The translations under genes were made by a program, and so were the position numbers. From contig OY771506.1 of assembly GCA_963674705.1 (NCBI GenBank), positions 4,032,001-4,096,000 on the forward strand: DNA of 64,000 nucleotides. The letters are read 5' to 3'. This DNA comes from Phycisphaeraceae bacterium (GTDB lineage: Bacteria; Planctomycetota; Phycisphaerae; Phycisphaerales; Phycisphaeraceae). The notes below the pieces were generated by a model that ran no database searches, was not told the DNA's origin, and worked only from the letters and a program-made list of their open reading frames with translations. Shown one piece after another: positions 8,473-19,155 of this stretch (position 1 is its first letter; each line of letters opens with the position of its first letter).

Positions 8473-9843
8473 GTGCCTAAACTGTATCTCACGTTGCCCG
8501 TGCTTGTTGGCTTGTTACTCGGCATGTCGGGCTGTGACAGCCAGGCCTCTGAAGAAGCTGAAGCCCAGCAGCATCTGAATGCCGCCGTAGCGAAATTGGA
8601 TAAGGCGAACGCTGGCTACATCGCCTCGGAAGCCGGTGCGGATACTGAATCCGAACTGACCCTGCTGGCTTACCGCCAGGAGACGATGGATAAAGCCTTC
8701 GCGGACCTGAACCAAGTCAAGTCGCTGAATGCACCGGATCAGAAGGTTCAGGCGCTGTGTCTTGAAGCTGAGATCTATGCATCATCCGCACGCTATTCAG
8801 CACGTGCCGCGGCGCTGGAAAACGCGGCGCTGGCCGGCCGATCGACCGTATTGCTGGGCTACCTGTCTGCCATGGAAGCGGCTAACGCCCAATCTAACGC
8901 GCTTCAGCCACAGACCGAAGATCAATTAACCAAGCTGCAGGCCGAGGTCGATACGCAGACCGCCAAACGCAAAAAGCTGAATGCTGAAATCGACACGCTC
9001 AACAGTCAACTCAGTTCGGTCAAGGCCGAAGTTGAGCAGTTCCAGGCCAAGGCTGAAGAGGGCTACGCCAAGGCACAGGCTCTGCGAGAAAAAGCGTTCG
9101 TCACCAGCGGTGACAAGATGTACGACCTGCAGGATCAGGCGGCGGATCTTGAGCGTAAAGCAGCGATCGAGTCTGCCTCGGCAGAATCGAAGCAAGTTGT
9201 CGTGGATGACCTTGAGGCCCAACTCACGCTGGATCGTGTGCAGTTGGACACCGTCAACAAGCTGATCGAAGAACTCAACGGCCAGATCCAGAAAACCCGT
9301 GCGGATACCGAGCGGCTCGCGGATGCATCGAACACAGCCGCCCAGGCAGGCGACAATGCCGCCAAGACCCTGGAAAATGAATACAACCAGTTGATGGGCG
9401 TCTTTAACGAAGTAATCGATCAGCGGCTGAAGACCGCGGCTGAGAAAGTTCAGAAAGCGGAAGAGGCGCTCAAGCAGGCGTCACAGCAGGCCCGCAATTC
9501 TGAACAGATCAAGCTGCAACTGCTTTCGACGTATGTTGAGCAGGCAAATATCGCAACAAGTCATGCTGCCTATCTGCGTGACATGAAAGCCATGACCGAG
9601 GCTGTTTACAAGAGTGTGAGCCGAGTGGCGCCGAATCATGCCGCGACGTACCAGGAACAGATCCAACGGCTGAGCGACGCCGAGGTCGCGTTGCGAGATA
9701 AAGCAATCGCAGCGATCGACACAGGTACGGCGTTAGCTGATGAGCTTGCTCCCGAGGGATCCACCCCCGAAGCCGGCGCCACCGAAGCCATCGCGCTGAA
9801 GCAGAAAGACCGTCTGAACGTCTACAAGAACGAGCGGCTGTAA
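8473..9843 (+). CDS. Coiled-coil lipoprotein
   Basis: Lipobox-like MSGC after a hydrophobic stretch; Ala/Gln/Glu-rich helical remainder. Confidence 0.8.
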   Translation: MPKLYLTLPVLVGLLLGMSGCDSQASEEAEAQQHLNAAVAKLDKANAGYIASEAGADTESELTLLAYRQETMDKAFADLNQVKSLNAPDQKVQALCLEAEIYASSARYSARAAALENAALAGRSTVLLGYLSAMEAANAQSNALQPQTEDQLTKLQAEVDTQTAKRKKLNAEIDTLNSQLSSVKAEVEQFQAKAEEGYAKAQALREKAFVTSGDKMYDLQDQAADLERKAAIESASAESKQVVVDDLEAQLTLDRVQLDTVNKLIEELNGQIQKTRADTERLADASNTAAQAGDNAAKTLENEYNQLMGVFNEVIDQRLKTAAEKVQKAEEALKQASQQARNSEQIKLQLLSTYVEQANIATSHAAYLRDMKAMTEAVYKSVSRVAPNHAATYQEQIQRLSDAEVALRDKAIAAIDTGTALADELAPEGSTPEAGATEAIALKQKDRLNVYKNERL

Positions 9844-9899
9844 AGCTCACGCAATCATCAATCATGATTAACTTCTGCGTTTAATCCGCAATAGTTGAT

Positions 9900-10238
9900 C
9901 TATGCGCTTAATTGCAGGTCAGCCAGCGCAGTGGTTGTGTCGTCTACGAAGTGAAACACCTTGTCCAATCCCGTAGTCAGGAACACCGCCCAGACCTGGT
10001 CGGACGGTGAGGTCAGACGCATCTGCGCCTCACGGTCGATGATGTTCTTCCGCAGACGCAACAGGGCGGAAAGATTCGAGCTGCAGATCAACTCCACAGC
10101 CGACAGGTCCAGGACCAGGTGAGGCATACGATCGGGTGAAAGCGCCTGTTCGTTGAGTTGTTCCATGTCCTCCGTAAATGCAGGATCATCGTTCAGCTGA
10201 ACAACCCAGATCTGTCTAGACCATTTTTGAATCGACAA
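9900..10238 (-). CDS. STAS-domain protein (anti-sigma factor antagonist)
   Basis: LVLDLSAVELICSSNL and VFLTTGLDKVF motifs; AAGGAG SD before a TTG start. Confidence 0.85.
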   Translation of the reverse strand: MSIQKWSRQIWVVQLNDDPAFTEDMEQLNEQALSPDRMPHLVLDLSAVELICSSNLSALLRLRKNIIDREAQMRLTSPSDQVWAVFLTTGLDKVFHFVDDTTTALADLQLSA

Positions 10239-10274
10239 GGTGATCGCTCCTTGACGCTGTGAATCGAACAGTTT

Positions 10275-12929
10275 TCATTCAGACGCCTCGGTATCGGTTC
10301 CTGGCTGAGCCTGTGATTCTTCTTCGGTCGAGTCCTCAATACGTGCCACGGCTACGAGCAGGTCGTCCTTGCCAACGGTGATCACACGCACGCCTTGTGT
10401 GTTTCGGCCGATCTTGCTGACACTGCCGGCATTGATACGCACGATCATGCCGTTAAGCGTGATGAGCATGAGGTCGTCATCGGGGGTGACTCGTTTAAGT
10501 GCCACGACCTTACCGTTACGGGCGTTGGTGACGATATCGCGTCGGCCCTTGCCACCTCGGCCTTGCGGGCGGGTTGAGCCGTCCTCGCTGCGGACAAGAT
10601 ATTCTTCCATCGCGGTCCGCTTGCCGTAGCCGTTTTCACAGACGGTCAGCAGGTCGGGCTCTTCGCCGTGGGGGATCTTCACCAGTCCAACGACCGAATC
10701 ATCGCCGGAGAGAGTGATACCCTTGACACCGCTGGCGCTTCGGCCCATGACACGGGCGTCGTTCTCATCGAAGCGGATGGACATGCCGTCACTCGTGCCC
10801 AGCAGCAGGTGGTCGTTGCCGGCTGTCCATGTGACGCCGATCAGTGAGTCACCTTCACGGAGATTCACCGCGATAATCCCCGCGCGGTTGACATTGCGGT
10901 AATCCTTAAGCGCTGTGCGTTTCACAAGCCCCTGCGAGGTCGCGAACATCAGGAAGAACTCACCCTTCTCAAAGTCGCTGATCGGCATGAATTCACAGAT
11001 GCGCTCGCCTTCACGCAGTTCAATCAGGTTCACGATCGCGCGGCCCCGGCTGGTGCGCGGAGCCTCAGGAATCTCATAGACCTTGATCTTGAATACCCGA
11101 CCGGTATCGGTGAAGCACAACAGATCGTCATGGGTGGAAGCGACGAAGACCTGCTCGGTAAAATCATCATCCTTGGCCTTGGCGCCGATGACGCCCTTGC
11201 CGCCACGACCCTGCACGCGGTATTCCTCGACCGGCAGTCGCTTGACGTAGCCGGCATGCGTGATGGTCACCACTACCTGCTCGACAGGCGTCAACGCCGC
11301 GAGGTCCAGTTCACCAACTTCACCGGCCTGGATTTCAGTGCGACGGTTGTCGGCGTACTTGCTCTTAAGCTCAAGCGTGTCTGCCTTGATGATGTCCAGA
11401 ACCTTCTGCTGGTCGGCGAGGATCGATTCGTACTCTTCGATCTGGCCCAGCAGCTTGGCGTAGTTGCTGACCAGGGTTTCAATTTCCAGACCGACCAACT
11501 GGATCAATTGCAAGCGGCCGATGGCTTCTGCCTGAACGCGGCTGAGATAGACGTCGTTCTCGGCGCTGGCGGCCTTGAAGCGGTCGGGGATCGACGGGGC
11601 GGCAGGATGGTCCGCCGGGATGCGGAATCCACGCTTGGTCAACTTCTCGATGGCTTCTTCGCGCGTCCGGCTTTCACGGATCAGCTTGATCACTTCGTCG
11701 ATATCGCAGACCGCGTAGATCAGGCCCTCGATGCGGTGCGCTTCCTGCTGCGCCTGACGCAGACGATAAGCAGTGCGGCGACGGATCACTTCGATACGGT
11801 GATCGACATAGGCCCGGATCAGTTCCTTCAGGCCCAGCGTACGGGGTTGGCCCTTCACCAGCGCGATGTTGATGATACTGAACGTCGACTGCAGCGGCGT
11901 CATCTGGTAGAGCTGATTCTCGACAACCGCCGGGTCTGAGCCCTTCTTCAGTGTGATGACAACCCGCATGCCGCCTCGGCCGGACGATTCATCCACGATA
12001 TCCGAGATATCGGTAATACGGTCGGCTTTACGCAGTTGAACGATCTTGTCGACGATGCCGGCGTTCTTGGAGACCTGGTAAGGGATCTGTGTTACAACCA
12101 GGATGTCGCGACCGGTGCGGGTCTGTTCCTGGTGGATCCTGGCACGCACGGTGACGCGGCCTCGACCTGTGGCGTAGGCCTGGGCGATGCCAGCTTTGCC
12201 GCAGATGATCCCGCCGGTCGGGAAGTCCGGACCGGGGATCAGTTCGATCAACTCGCGGAGTGAAATTTCGGGATTATCGATCAGGGCGATAATCCCGTCG
12301 CAGATTTCACCGAGGTTATGCGGCGGCATACTGCTTGCCATACCAACTGCGATCCCGGTTGAGCCGTTCACCAGCAGGTTGGGGAACTTGGCCGGCAGAA
12401 CCCTGGGCTCGTTGTACTGCTCGTCGAAGTTGGGTTGCCAATCGACGGTGTCGAGTTTGAGGTCTTCGAGCAGTTCAACGGCATGGCGATGCAGGCGGGC
12501 TTCGGTGTAACGCATCGCGGCCGGGGGGTCCGGATCGATCGAGCCGAAGTTGCCTTGCTTATCGATGAGCAGGCAGCGGGTTTTCCACTCCTGGCCCATA
12601 TTCACGAGCGTGGGGTAAATCGCCCCGTCGCCGTGGGGGTGGTACTTCTTCATCGTCTCACCGACGATACCTGCACACTTGCTGTGCTTCCGGCCCGGGG
12701 TGAGGTTCAGGTCGTTCATAGCGACGAGGATGCGGCGCTGCGAAGGCTTAAGCCCGTCACGCACGTCCGGCAGGGCTCGGTCCACGATGGTACTCATCGC
12801 ATAGGTGAGATAGCTCTCGGCCATCTCCTGCTCGATGGGGTGGTCCACCATCCGCCCCCCCGTGGGAACGGCAGGTTCCAGCTTATCGTCAAACTCGGGC
12901 GTATTGGGCTCTTGTGGGTCGTCGCTCAT
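10275..12929 (-). CDS. gyrA: DNA gyrase subunit A
   Basis: [29 protein letters not shown] (catalytic Tyr), GyrA-box QGRGGKG, beta-pinwheel repeats and acidic tail. Confidence 0.97.
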   Translation of the reverse strand: MSDDPQEPNTPEFDDKLEPAVPTGGRMVDHPIEQEMAESYLTYAMSTIVDRALPDVRDGLKPSQRRILVAMNDLNLTPGRKHSKCAGIVGETMKKYHPHGDGAIYPTLVNMGQEWKTRCLLIDKQGNFGSIDPDPPAAMRYTEARLHRHAVELLEDLKLDTVDWQPNFDEQYNEPRVLPAKFPNLLVNGSTGIAVGMASSMPPHNLGEICDGIIALIDNPEISLRELIELIPGPDFPTGGIICGKAGIAQAYATGRGRVTVRARIHQEQTRTGRDILVVTQIPYQVSKNAGIVDKIVQLRKADRITDISDIVDESSGRGGMRVVITLKKGSDPAVVENQLYQMTPLQSTFSIINIALVKGQPRTLGLKELIRAYVDHRIEVIRRRTAYRLRQAQQEAHRIEGLIYAVCDIDEVIKLIRESRTREEAIEKLTKRGFRIPADHPAAPSIPDRFKAASAENDVYLSRVQAEAIGRLQLIQLVGLEIETLVSNYAKLLGQIEEYESILADQQKVLDIIKADTLELKSKYADNRRTEIQAGEVGELDLAALTPVEQVVVTITHAGYVKRLPVEEYRVQGRGGKGVIGAKAKDDDFTEQVFVASTHDDLLCFTDTGRVFKIKVYEIPEAPRTSRGRAIVNLIELREGERICEFMPISDFEKGEFFLMFATSQGLVKRTALKDYRNVNRAGIIAVNLREGDSLIGVTWTAGNDHLLLGTSDGMSIRFDENDARVMGRSASGVKGITLSGDDSVVGLVKIPHGEEPDLLTVCENGYGKRTAMEEYLVRSEDGSTRPQGRGGKGRRDIVTNARNGKVVALKRVTPDDDLMLITLNGMIVRINAGSVSKIGRNTQGVRVITVGKDDLLVAVARIEDSTEEESQAQPGTDTEASE

Positions 12930-13071
12930 AGGTCTGATCGGTCCTGATTTCAGCTCCCCGACAAGGCATCCGGGCCCGTCGGCTCAAACCGATATTGTAC
13001 CTGTTTTCAAGGGATTAAGCGACCTGAGAGGTAAGACAGACCCCGTCCATAACAAACATCCAGGAAGTGGA

Positions 13072-13704
13072 TTATGCAATCGGTTTTCCACATTCCGGGC
13101 AGGTGTCAGAGAGTGTGCCGTGCAGGTCATAACCACAGGATCGGCAGCCTATAAAGTGACGGATCATCGCCAAGCGGAAGTCTTGCCAGTCTTCTGCAGA
13201 TTCAAACATCGGAAAAGCAAAAGTGTGATAGTGATTGCTGCCAAGAGCCAGTAGAACGTATCGCTTGGTAACGATCGCTTTGTTTGCTATCGACCATTGC
13301 AGATGATGTTCAGCGTGTGTGTCTGATACATCGATCCCGTTTGCTGAGAATCTCCAAATACTTGGTGGGATTCCCGATTGTTTGCGAACTCTCACTGTTC
13401 TGGCGGATCGAATATACGGATGGATGAACAGAAAAAACACGCCAATAAACGGAACGGCAATTAACAATACCGCATTCCACGACCAGCCTTTGGTATGAAT
13501 TTGGTAGGCTGCCGCTGCTTCCAAAAACACCGCAAAGATCGCAAGCCATACCAAGCCCGTTATCAGGTAAGGGAATCTCAATTGTGATTTTCGACAGAGC
13601 ATGGTGGCGTGGCCATAGTCCCTTGCACTTAGCCAACCTGTCGCCTTGATCTCTCGATCGTAAGGCCACATCAATTCTCGTGCTGGGGGGCTCGTTACAT
13701 GCAT
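13072..13704 (-). CDS. YcxB-like two-TM protein with C-terminal zinc ribbon
   Basis: Two TM helices, a beta-rich region (ANGIDV...LQWS) and CRSCGYDLHGTLSDTCPECG. Confidence 0.7.
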   Translation of the reverse strand: MHVTSPPARELMWPYDREIKATGWLSARDYGHATMLCRKSQLRFPYLITGLVWLAIFAVFLEAAAAYQIHTKGWSWNAVLLIAVPFIGVFFLFIHPYIRSARTVRVRKQSGIPPSIWRFSANGIDVSDTHAEHHLQWSIANKAIVTKRYVLLALGSNHYHTFAFPMFESAEDWQDFRLAMIRHFIGCRSCGYDLHGTLSDTCPECGKPIA

Positions 13705-13892
13705 CGCATGGCATTGTAACTAAGCGTGGCAGTAAATTAAGTTTGTCACATCGAATCGAAAACTGCGGTAACTTAGTGCAATGATCTTGTGGATTTGAGA
13801 TAGGTAATGACTTCTACAGACCTTGTGACAAAATGGGCGAAGTGTTGTGATAAGGTTATATTCAATTCTCCAGCTCAAGCACGGAGGTTGTG

Positions 13893-15086
13893 ATGGCTAA
13901 ACGTGTGATGGCAATCGTGATAGCGGGATTGGTCTTGCTGGTTCTTTTGCTGTTAAGCCAGCATCAAAACGGACAACTCAAAGTATCAGGGTTTATCGAA
14001 GCGGATGAGATACGTTTAGGTTCACGCGTGGGGGGGCGTGTGAGTGAAGTATTTGTGGATGAGGGGCAGGCTGTCAAGGCAGGGGAAGTGCTGCTGAAGC
14101 TTGAGCCTTTTGATTTGCAGGCACGCCGTGCGATGGCGGAAGCGGAGCTGGCGGCCAGGCGTGCAGAATATGCAAGATTAAAAGCTGGTTACCGTGAAGA
14201 AGAGATCGCTCAGGCTCAGGCCGAGCGTGATCGTGCCAAAGCAAATCTGGACAAACTGATTGCCGGACCTCGCGAAGAAGAGATCGCGGCTGCTGAGGCG
14301 CAGGTGCAACAGGCCGAGGCCCAGGCGGAATTGTATCGGATCGTCTTCCAGCAGAAGTCGACTCTGCGACAGCGTGAAGCGGCGACGCAGGATGAGCTGG
14401 ACACATCCGAACAGCAGTACAAAGCGGCATTAGCCGTCGTCGAGACGATGCGTCAGAAGCTCAAGGAATTGCAGGCCGGCTCACGAAAGGAAGACATCGC
14501 CAACGCGAAGGCTGCGTACGAAGCAGCGGACCAGTCACTACAGTTATTCGTCAAGGGGTACCGCACCGAGGATGTCGCGCGAGCCGAAGCGGATGTTCAG
14601 GCTGCCGAGGCTTCGCTGCAGGCGATAGAAAGCCAGCTTGAGGAACTGACGATCAAAGCCCCGATGGATGGCGTGATCGAAGCGGCGCAGATTCATCCTG
14701 GTGATGTTGTCTCGCCGAATGCACCGGTGCTGTCGATGCTTGATCCGGTGAACCTTTGGGTCCGAGCGTATGTGCCGGAAAATCATTTGGATTTGCAGCT
14801 TGGACAGAAGTTTGATGTGAGTGTGGACAGTTATCCGGATCGCAAGTTTGTCGGCACGCTGACATTTATTGCGAGGCAGGCCGAGTTCACGCCGGGCAAT
14901 GTACAGACGCCGGAGGAGCGGTCGAAGCAGGTATTTCGCATCAAGGTCACGCTGGATGAAGGGCTTGACGAATTGCGGCCGGGGATGACGGCGGATGTGT
15001 GGTTGGATAGTGCGCGTAATGCGGGGACTGGTGATAAAACTCAAGACGCTAAGCCGCAAGCGGCTTCTGTGCCGGCCGGGTCCTGA
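13893..15086 (+). CDS. HlyD-family membrane fusion protein (YbhG-like)
   Basis: SGFIEADEIRLGSRVGGRV, long helical hairpin, IKAPMDG and AEFTPGNVQTPEER. Confidence 0.92.
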   Translation: MAKRVMAIVIAGLVLLVLLLLSQHQNGQLKVSGFIEADEIRLGSRVGGRVSEVFVDEGQAVKAGEVLLKLEPFDLQARRAMAEAELAARRAEYARLKAGYREEEIAQAQAERDRAKANLDKLIAGPREEEIAAAEAQVQQAEAQAELYRIVFQQKSTLRQREAATQDELDTSEQQYKAALAVVETMRQKLKELQAGSRKEDIANAKAAYEAADQSLQLFVKGYRTEDVARAEADVQAAEASLQAIESQLEELTIKAPMDGVIEAAQIHPGDVVSPNAPVLSMLDPVNLWVRAYVPENHLDLQLGQKFDVSVDSYPDRKFVGTLTFIARQAEFTPGNVQTPEERSKQVFRIKVTLDEGLDELRPGMTADVWLDSARNAGTGDKTQDAKPQAASVPAGS

Positions 15087-15119
15087 TATTCGCAGACTGA
15101 CTTACTGAAGGATCGATCT

Positions 15120-17312
15120 TTGAATCAGCACGAATCGGCAATAGTGACTGATGGATTGACCCGGCGCTTCGGCGACCTGGTCGCGGTCGATCATGTCAGC
15201 CTGAACGTGCGACGCGGGGCGATCTACGGCCTGCTTGGACCCAACGGCAGCGGCAAAAGCACGATGATCCGGATGCTCTGCGGCGTGCTTGCGCCAAGCA
15301 GTGGTTCAGCCCATGTGCTTGGGTATCGCGTGCCTGAGCAGGCCGAGGCGATCAAACGCCGGATCGGGTACATGTCGCAGAGTTTCAGCCTGTACGGCGA
15401 TCTGACCGTGCGTGAGAACATCGATTTTTACTCACGTATCTATGGGATTCCGACATCCCAGCGGCAGGAACGGGCTGACACCGTCATGGAACTGACCGGG
15501 ATCGGTGACCGGCAATCGCAGATGGCAAGTCATCTGTCAGGCGGATGGAAACAGAGACTCGCGCTGAGTTGTGCACTGATGCACGAACCGGACCTGCTGT
15601 ATCTCGATGAGCCTACCGCCGGGATCGACCCGGTCGCGCGTAGACAGTTGTGGGACCTGCTGTTCGAGCTGTCCGGACGAGGCGTGACGATGCTCGTGAC
15701 GACTCACTACATGGACGAGGCCGAGCGCTGCACCGATGTGGGGTATTTGTATCGCTCGAAACTGATGGTGTCCGGCCAACCGGCTGATTTGAAACAATTG
15801 CCCCAGGTCGTACCCGCAGGCACCACACGATATGAACTGCAGATGCCGGATGTCGCCCGCCGACTGCCAGAATTAAGAGCACTGGAAGGCGTCCGAGACG
15901 CGACCTTGTTCGGCGAGAATGTCCATGCGCTTGTCGATGAAAGGCTGTCGCCACAACGGATCGCCAGCCTGATGAATCTCGACATGCAAACGCTGGATGC
16001 CCGCCCAATCGCCGCGACACTGGAGGATGTCTTCGTCACCCTGACCCGCGCCAGTGATGAGCAAGGCTCGGATGTCCAGATTGAAACGCCTCAAGCTGAA
16101 GAGCAGGCCGAGAGCATCGAAACACCAACCGGAGTTCCTGCCCAGGACGAACCCAAAGATCGGGCATTTGCCGGGTTGGCGGCCGTGCTCATCAAGGAGT
16201 TTTCGCATATACGCCGGCAGCCATCAACGCTGTTTTTCATGTTCGTCATCCCGATCCTGCAGACGATTATCTTCGGATTCGCCATCCAGACACAGATAGA
16301 AAATATCCCGACGATCGTGCTGGACATGGACGGCCGACAGGCGGCACGAGAGTTGGTTGATGCGTTTGATAACACGACAACGTTTACAGTCATCGGCAAA
16401 GCAGAGAATGAGGAATCCTTCCGCCAAGCGATGTCTTCGGCCCATGCGCAGGTTGGCATACTGATCCCGCCGGACTACAGCGATCGGCTACTGCATAACA
16501 AGCAGGCACAGGTACAGGTGCTGATTGACGGCAGCGATTCGCAGGTCGCCACAACTGCGCTAAACGCCGCCAAATTACTTGGTGTAAACCGGTCGATCTC
16601 GATTGGTAAAGCCTTCGCGGATCGCGCGCAGGTCGCAGTGGCGAGAAACGAATGGGGCAGCCCAGATCTGCCGATCGAGGTCCGGCCGCGTCTGCTCTAT
16701 AACCCCGACCTGGAAAGCTCGCACTTTTTCGTGCCGGGGCTGGTCGGCATCATCCTGCAACTGGTGACATTGTTCCTAACAGCCTTTGCGATCGTGCGCG
16801 AACGTGAATTAGGTACGCTCGAACAATTGTTCGTTACGCCGGTAAGCAGGGCGGGGCTCTTGTTCGGCAAGCTCATTCCCTACGCTGTCGTGGGCCTGCT
16901 TGAGACTCTGCTGGTTCTGTGTGTAATGACGTACATCTTCCAGGTGCCGATCAATGGGAGCATCCCGCTACTGGTGGCGTTATCGATGTTATTTGTGTTG
17001 TGTGGACTGGGGTTGGGCTTATTCATATCGACGGTCGCCAAGAGCCAGCTTGCCGCGATGCAGTTTGCGTTCCTGGTGATGCTGCCTTCGGTTTTGCTAT
17101 CCGGATTCATGTTCCCACGAGAGCAGATGCCGCAGATCATCTATTGGGTGACATTTGCGATCCCGGTGACGTATTACCTTCAGATCCTGCGCGGGATCGT
17201 CCTGCGATCGGCGGAACTGTCGGACCTGATGCCGGCCGTAACCGGGCTGACCATCTGCTGCATCGCAATCCTCAGCCTGAGCGTGGCTCGCTTCCGCAAA
17301 CAGCTTGGTTAA
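15120..17312 (+). CDS. Fused ABC ATPase plus ABC-2 permease (YbhF/YbhS-like)
   Basis: GPNGSGKS, LSGGWKQR and LDEPT, followed by permease motifs (LLYNPDL, IVRERELGTLEQL, LSGFMFP). Confidence 0.92.
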   Translation: MNQHESAIVTDGLTRRFGDLVAVDHVSLNVRRGAIYGLLGPNGSGKSTMIRMLCGVLAPSSGSAHVLGYRVPEQAEAIKRRIGYMSQSFSLYGDLTVRENIDFYSRIYGIPTSQRQERADTVMELTGIGDRQSQMASHLSGGWKQRLALSCALMHEPDLLYLDEPTAGIDPVARRQLWDLLFELSGRGVTMLVTTHYMDEAERCTDVGYLYRSKLMVSGQPADLKQLPQVVPAGTTRYELQMPDVARRLPELRALEGVRDATLFGENVHALVDERLSPQRIASLMNLDMQTLDARPIAATLEDVFVTLTRASDEQGSDVQIETPQAEEQAESIETPTGVPAQDEPKDRAFAGLAAVLIKEFSHIRRQPSTLFFMFVIPILQTIIFGFAIQTQIENIPTIVLDMDGRQAARELVDAFDNTTTFTVIGKAENEESFRQAMSSAHAQVGILIPPDYSDRLLHNKQAQVQVLIDGSDSQVATTALNAAKLLGVNRSISIGKAFADRAQVAVARNEWGSPDLPIEVRPRLLYNPDLESSHFFVPGLVGIILQLVTLFLTAFAIVRERELGTLEQLFVTPVSRAGLLFGKLIPYAVVGLLETLLVLCVMTYIFQVPINGSIPLLVALSMLFVLCGLGLGLFISTVAKSQLAAMQFAFLVMLPSVLLSGFMFPREQMPQIIYWVTFAIPVTYYLQILRGIVLRSAELSDLMPAVTGLTICCIAILSLSVARFRKQLG

Positions 17313-17344
17313 TATCACATCACAGTAATGATTCCCGCACTAAA

Positions 17345-17368
17345 GCCCGGGGATAGCTATCCCCGGGC
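17345..17368. repeat. Perfect 24-bp palindrome (REP-like or terminator)
   Basis: GCCCGGGGATAGCTATCCCCGGGC equals its own reverse complement; it lies 32 nt after the ABC gene stop. Confidence 0.8.
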
Positions 17369-17442
17369 CTTCCTCCAACGACTCCATGCAATACCGATCC
17401 GACTTCTCGCACCCAACACACGGCCGATGACCATTTTTCAAA

Positions 17443-17880
17443 TATCCGCACAAAAACTGCTCAAAACGTCACCGACATGCGCATGAAAGCGACCCACCTC
17501 CATAAATAGGGAGGCTGCAATTTTTCACCGGCCAAGTATCCCACTGATTCCCAGAGACACTCCCGCAGTGGCTGCGGTACCACAGTGAAAACTTCCGGGG
17601 GCCGGGGGGACATCCGGGGGTGTCCGCCCCATGTGCGGACAAAGGCGTTGTCGTCTGTTATGCGTGAACGAACAATCACCCCTAACCATTTGCCGGACTA
17701 AATTTATGACCCGATCACCAGTCATCATCTTCCCCGGCCCCTGTTTGTGCGCACAGAGGGCGGACGTCCTACCCCCTGGGGCGGACATGCACCCAAACAT
17801 CCGCACAACCGAAACTTACAGCAAATTCAGACGCCAACCCTCCCCCCCCGTGGGCGGACATGGCCGCTCTTGTGCGAACA
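17443..17880. repeat. Dispersed array of G(G/T)GCGGACA-like motifs in both orientations
   Basis: Exact or near copies at about 17443(-), 17621(-), 17633(+), 17747(+), 17758(+), 17779(+), 17798(-), 17852(+) and 17872(+). Confidence 0.65.
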
Positions 17881-18048
17881 TCGGCGAATGTCGGCCAACA
17901 TCGTGCCGACCGGTTGAGGTTTGACATGCAACTGATCCAAACCAAATCCTGCCCTTGGCCGACAATCCCGACCACGTTACACTGCCCGACCGCAAGCGAC
18001 TCAAGCCGTTTCGCAAAGTACACCCCAACCACCAGCCACCGGAATCCC

Positions 18049-19137
18049 ATGGAAGCAGGCATCGTCGGTCTCCCTAACGTCGGTAAATCCACGCTGTTCA
18101 ACGCGCTGACGGCGGCGGGGATCCCCAGCGAGAATTACCCGTTCTGCACGATCGAGCCGAACGTCGGCGTCGTGTCGGTGCCGGACAGCAGGCTGGCGAC
18201 GATCAACAAGTACATTGAAACCAAGAAGGTGATCCCGGCGATCCTGCGGCTGGTGGATATCGCTGGACTGGTCAAAGGCGCGAGCCAGGGTGAAGGATTA
18301 GGCAACAAGTTTCTTTCGCACATCAAGAACGTCGACGCGGTGTTGCACGTCGTGCGGTGCTTTGAAGATGAAGACATCGCCCACGTGGATGGCGGCGTCG
18401 ATCCGATCAGAGACATCGAGACGATCGATACCGAATTGCTGCTCTCGGACCTGGCAACGATCGAGTCGGCACTCGAGAAGGCGAATCGTGCGGCCCGCAC
18501 CGGTGATAAGGATGCCAAGGCTCGTGCAGCACTGCTCGATAAATGTCACAAGCGGTTGGCGGAAGGCAACCCCATCCGGGGTATCGAACTGGACGAAGCA
18601 CAGGCCAAGGAGTTGAAAAGCTTCGGACTCATCACCGCCAAGCGTGTTTTATATGTCGCCAATGTGGATGAGGACGATCTGCATGGTGAAAGCGAATTCG
18701 TACAGCGTGTACGAGCCCGCGCGGAAGCTGAGGGCGGGGTAGTTGTGCCGGTATGTGCGAAGCTGGAAAGCGAACTGGCGGAACTCGACGAGGCGGATCG
18801 CAAGGAACTGCTTGAAAGCGTGGGTTTAGAAGAGCCTGCCCTGCATGTGCTGGCCCGCGCTGCGTATCAACTGCTGGGGTTGCAGAGCTACTTTACAGCC
18901 GGTCCGAAGGAGATCCGTGCCTGGACGATTCCTGCCGGGGCGACCGGGCCAGAGGCTGCGGGCGTGATCCACAGCGACTTCGAGCGGGGCTTCATCCGTG
19001 TCGAGGTTTATTCCGTGAATGACCTTGATGAATTGAAAAGCGAAAAAGCAATCAAGGAAGCGGGCCGTATGCGCGTCGAAGGCAAGGAATACGTCATGCG
19101 CGACAGCGATGTGTGCCACTTCCTGTTTAATGTGTAA
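18049..19137 (+). CDS. ychF: Redox-regulated Obg-like ATPase YchF
   Basis: [50 protein letters not shown] and a C-terminal TGS domain. Start reassigned to MEAG. Confidence 0.97.
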   Translation: MEAGIVGLPNVGKSTLFNALTAAGIPSENYPFCTIEPNVGVVSVPDSRLATINKYIETKKVIPAILRLVDIAGLVKGASQGEGLGNKFLSHIKNVDAVLHVVRCFEDEDIAHVDGGVDPIRDIETIDTELLLSDLATIESALEKANRAARTGDKDAKARAALLDKCHKRLAEGNPIRGIELDEAQAKELKSFGLITAKRVLYVANVDEDDLHGESEFVQRVRARAEAEGGVVVPVCAKLESELAELDEADRKELLESVGLEEPALHVLARAAYQLLGLQSYFTAGPKEIRAWTIPAGATGPEAAGVIHSDFERGFIRVEVYSVNDLDELKSEKAIKEAGRMRVEGKEYVMRDSDVCHFLFNV

Positions 19138-19155
19138 ACAACCCCATTACTTAGT

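Noticed and set aside
17860..18048. N-terminal extensions in the ORF track for YchF (similarly FliM, GatC, QueF)
   Set aside because: Homology starts at downstream Met codons; the extensions translate intergenic or repeat DNA.
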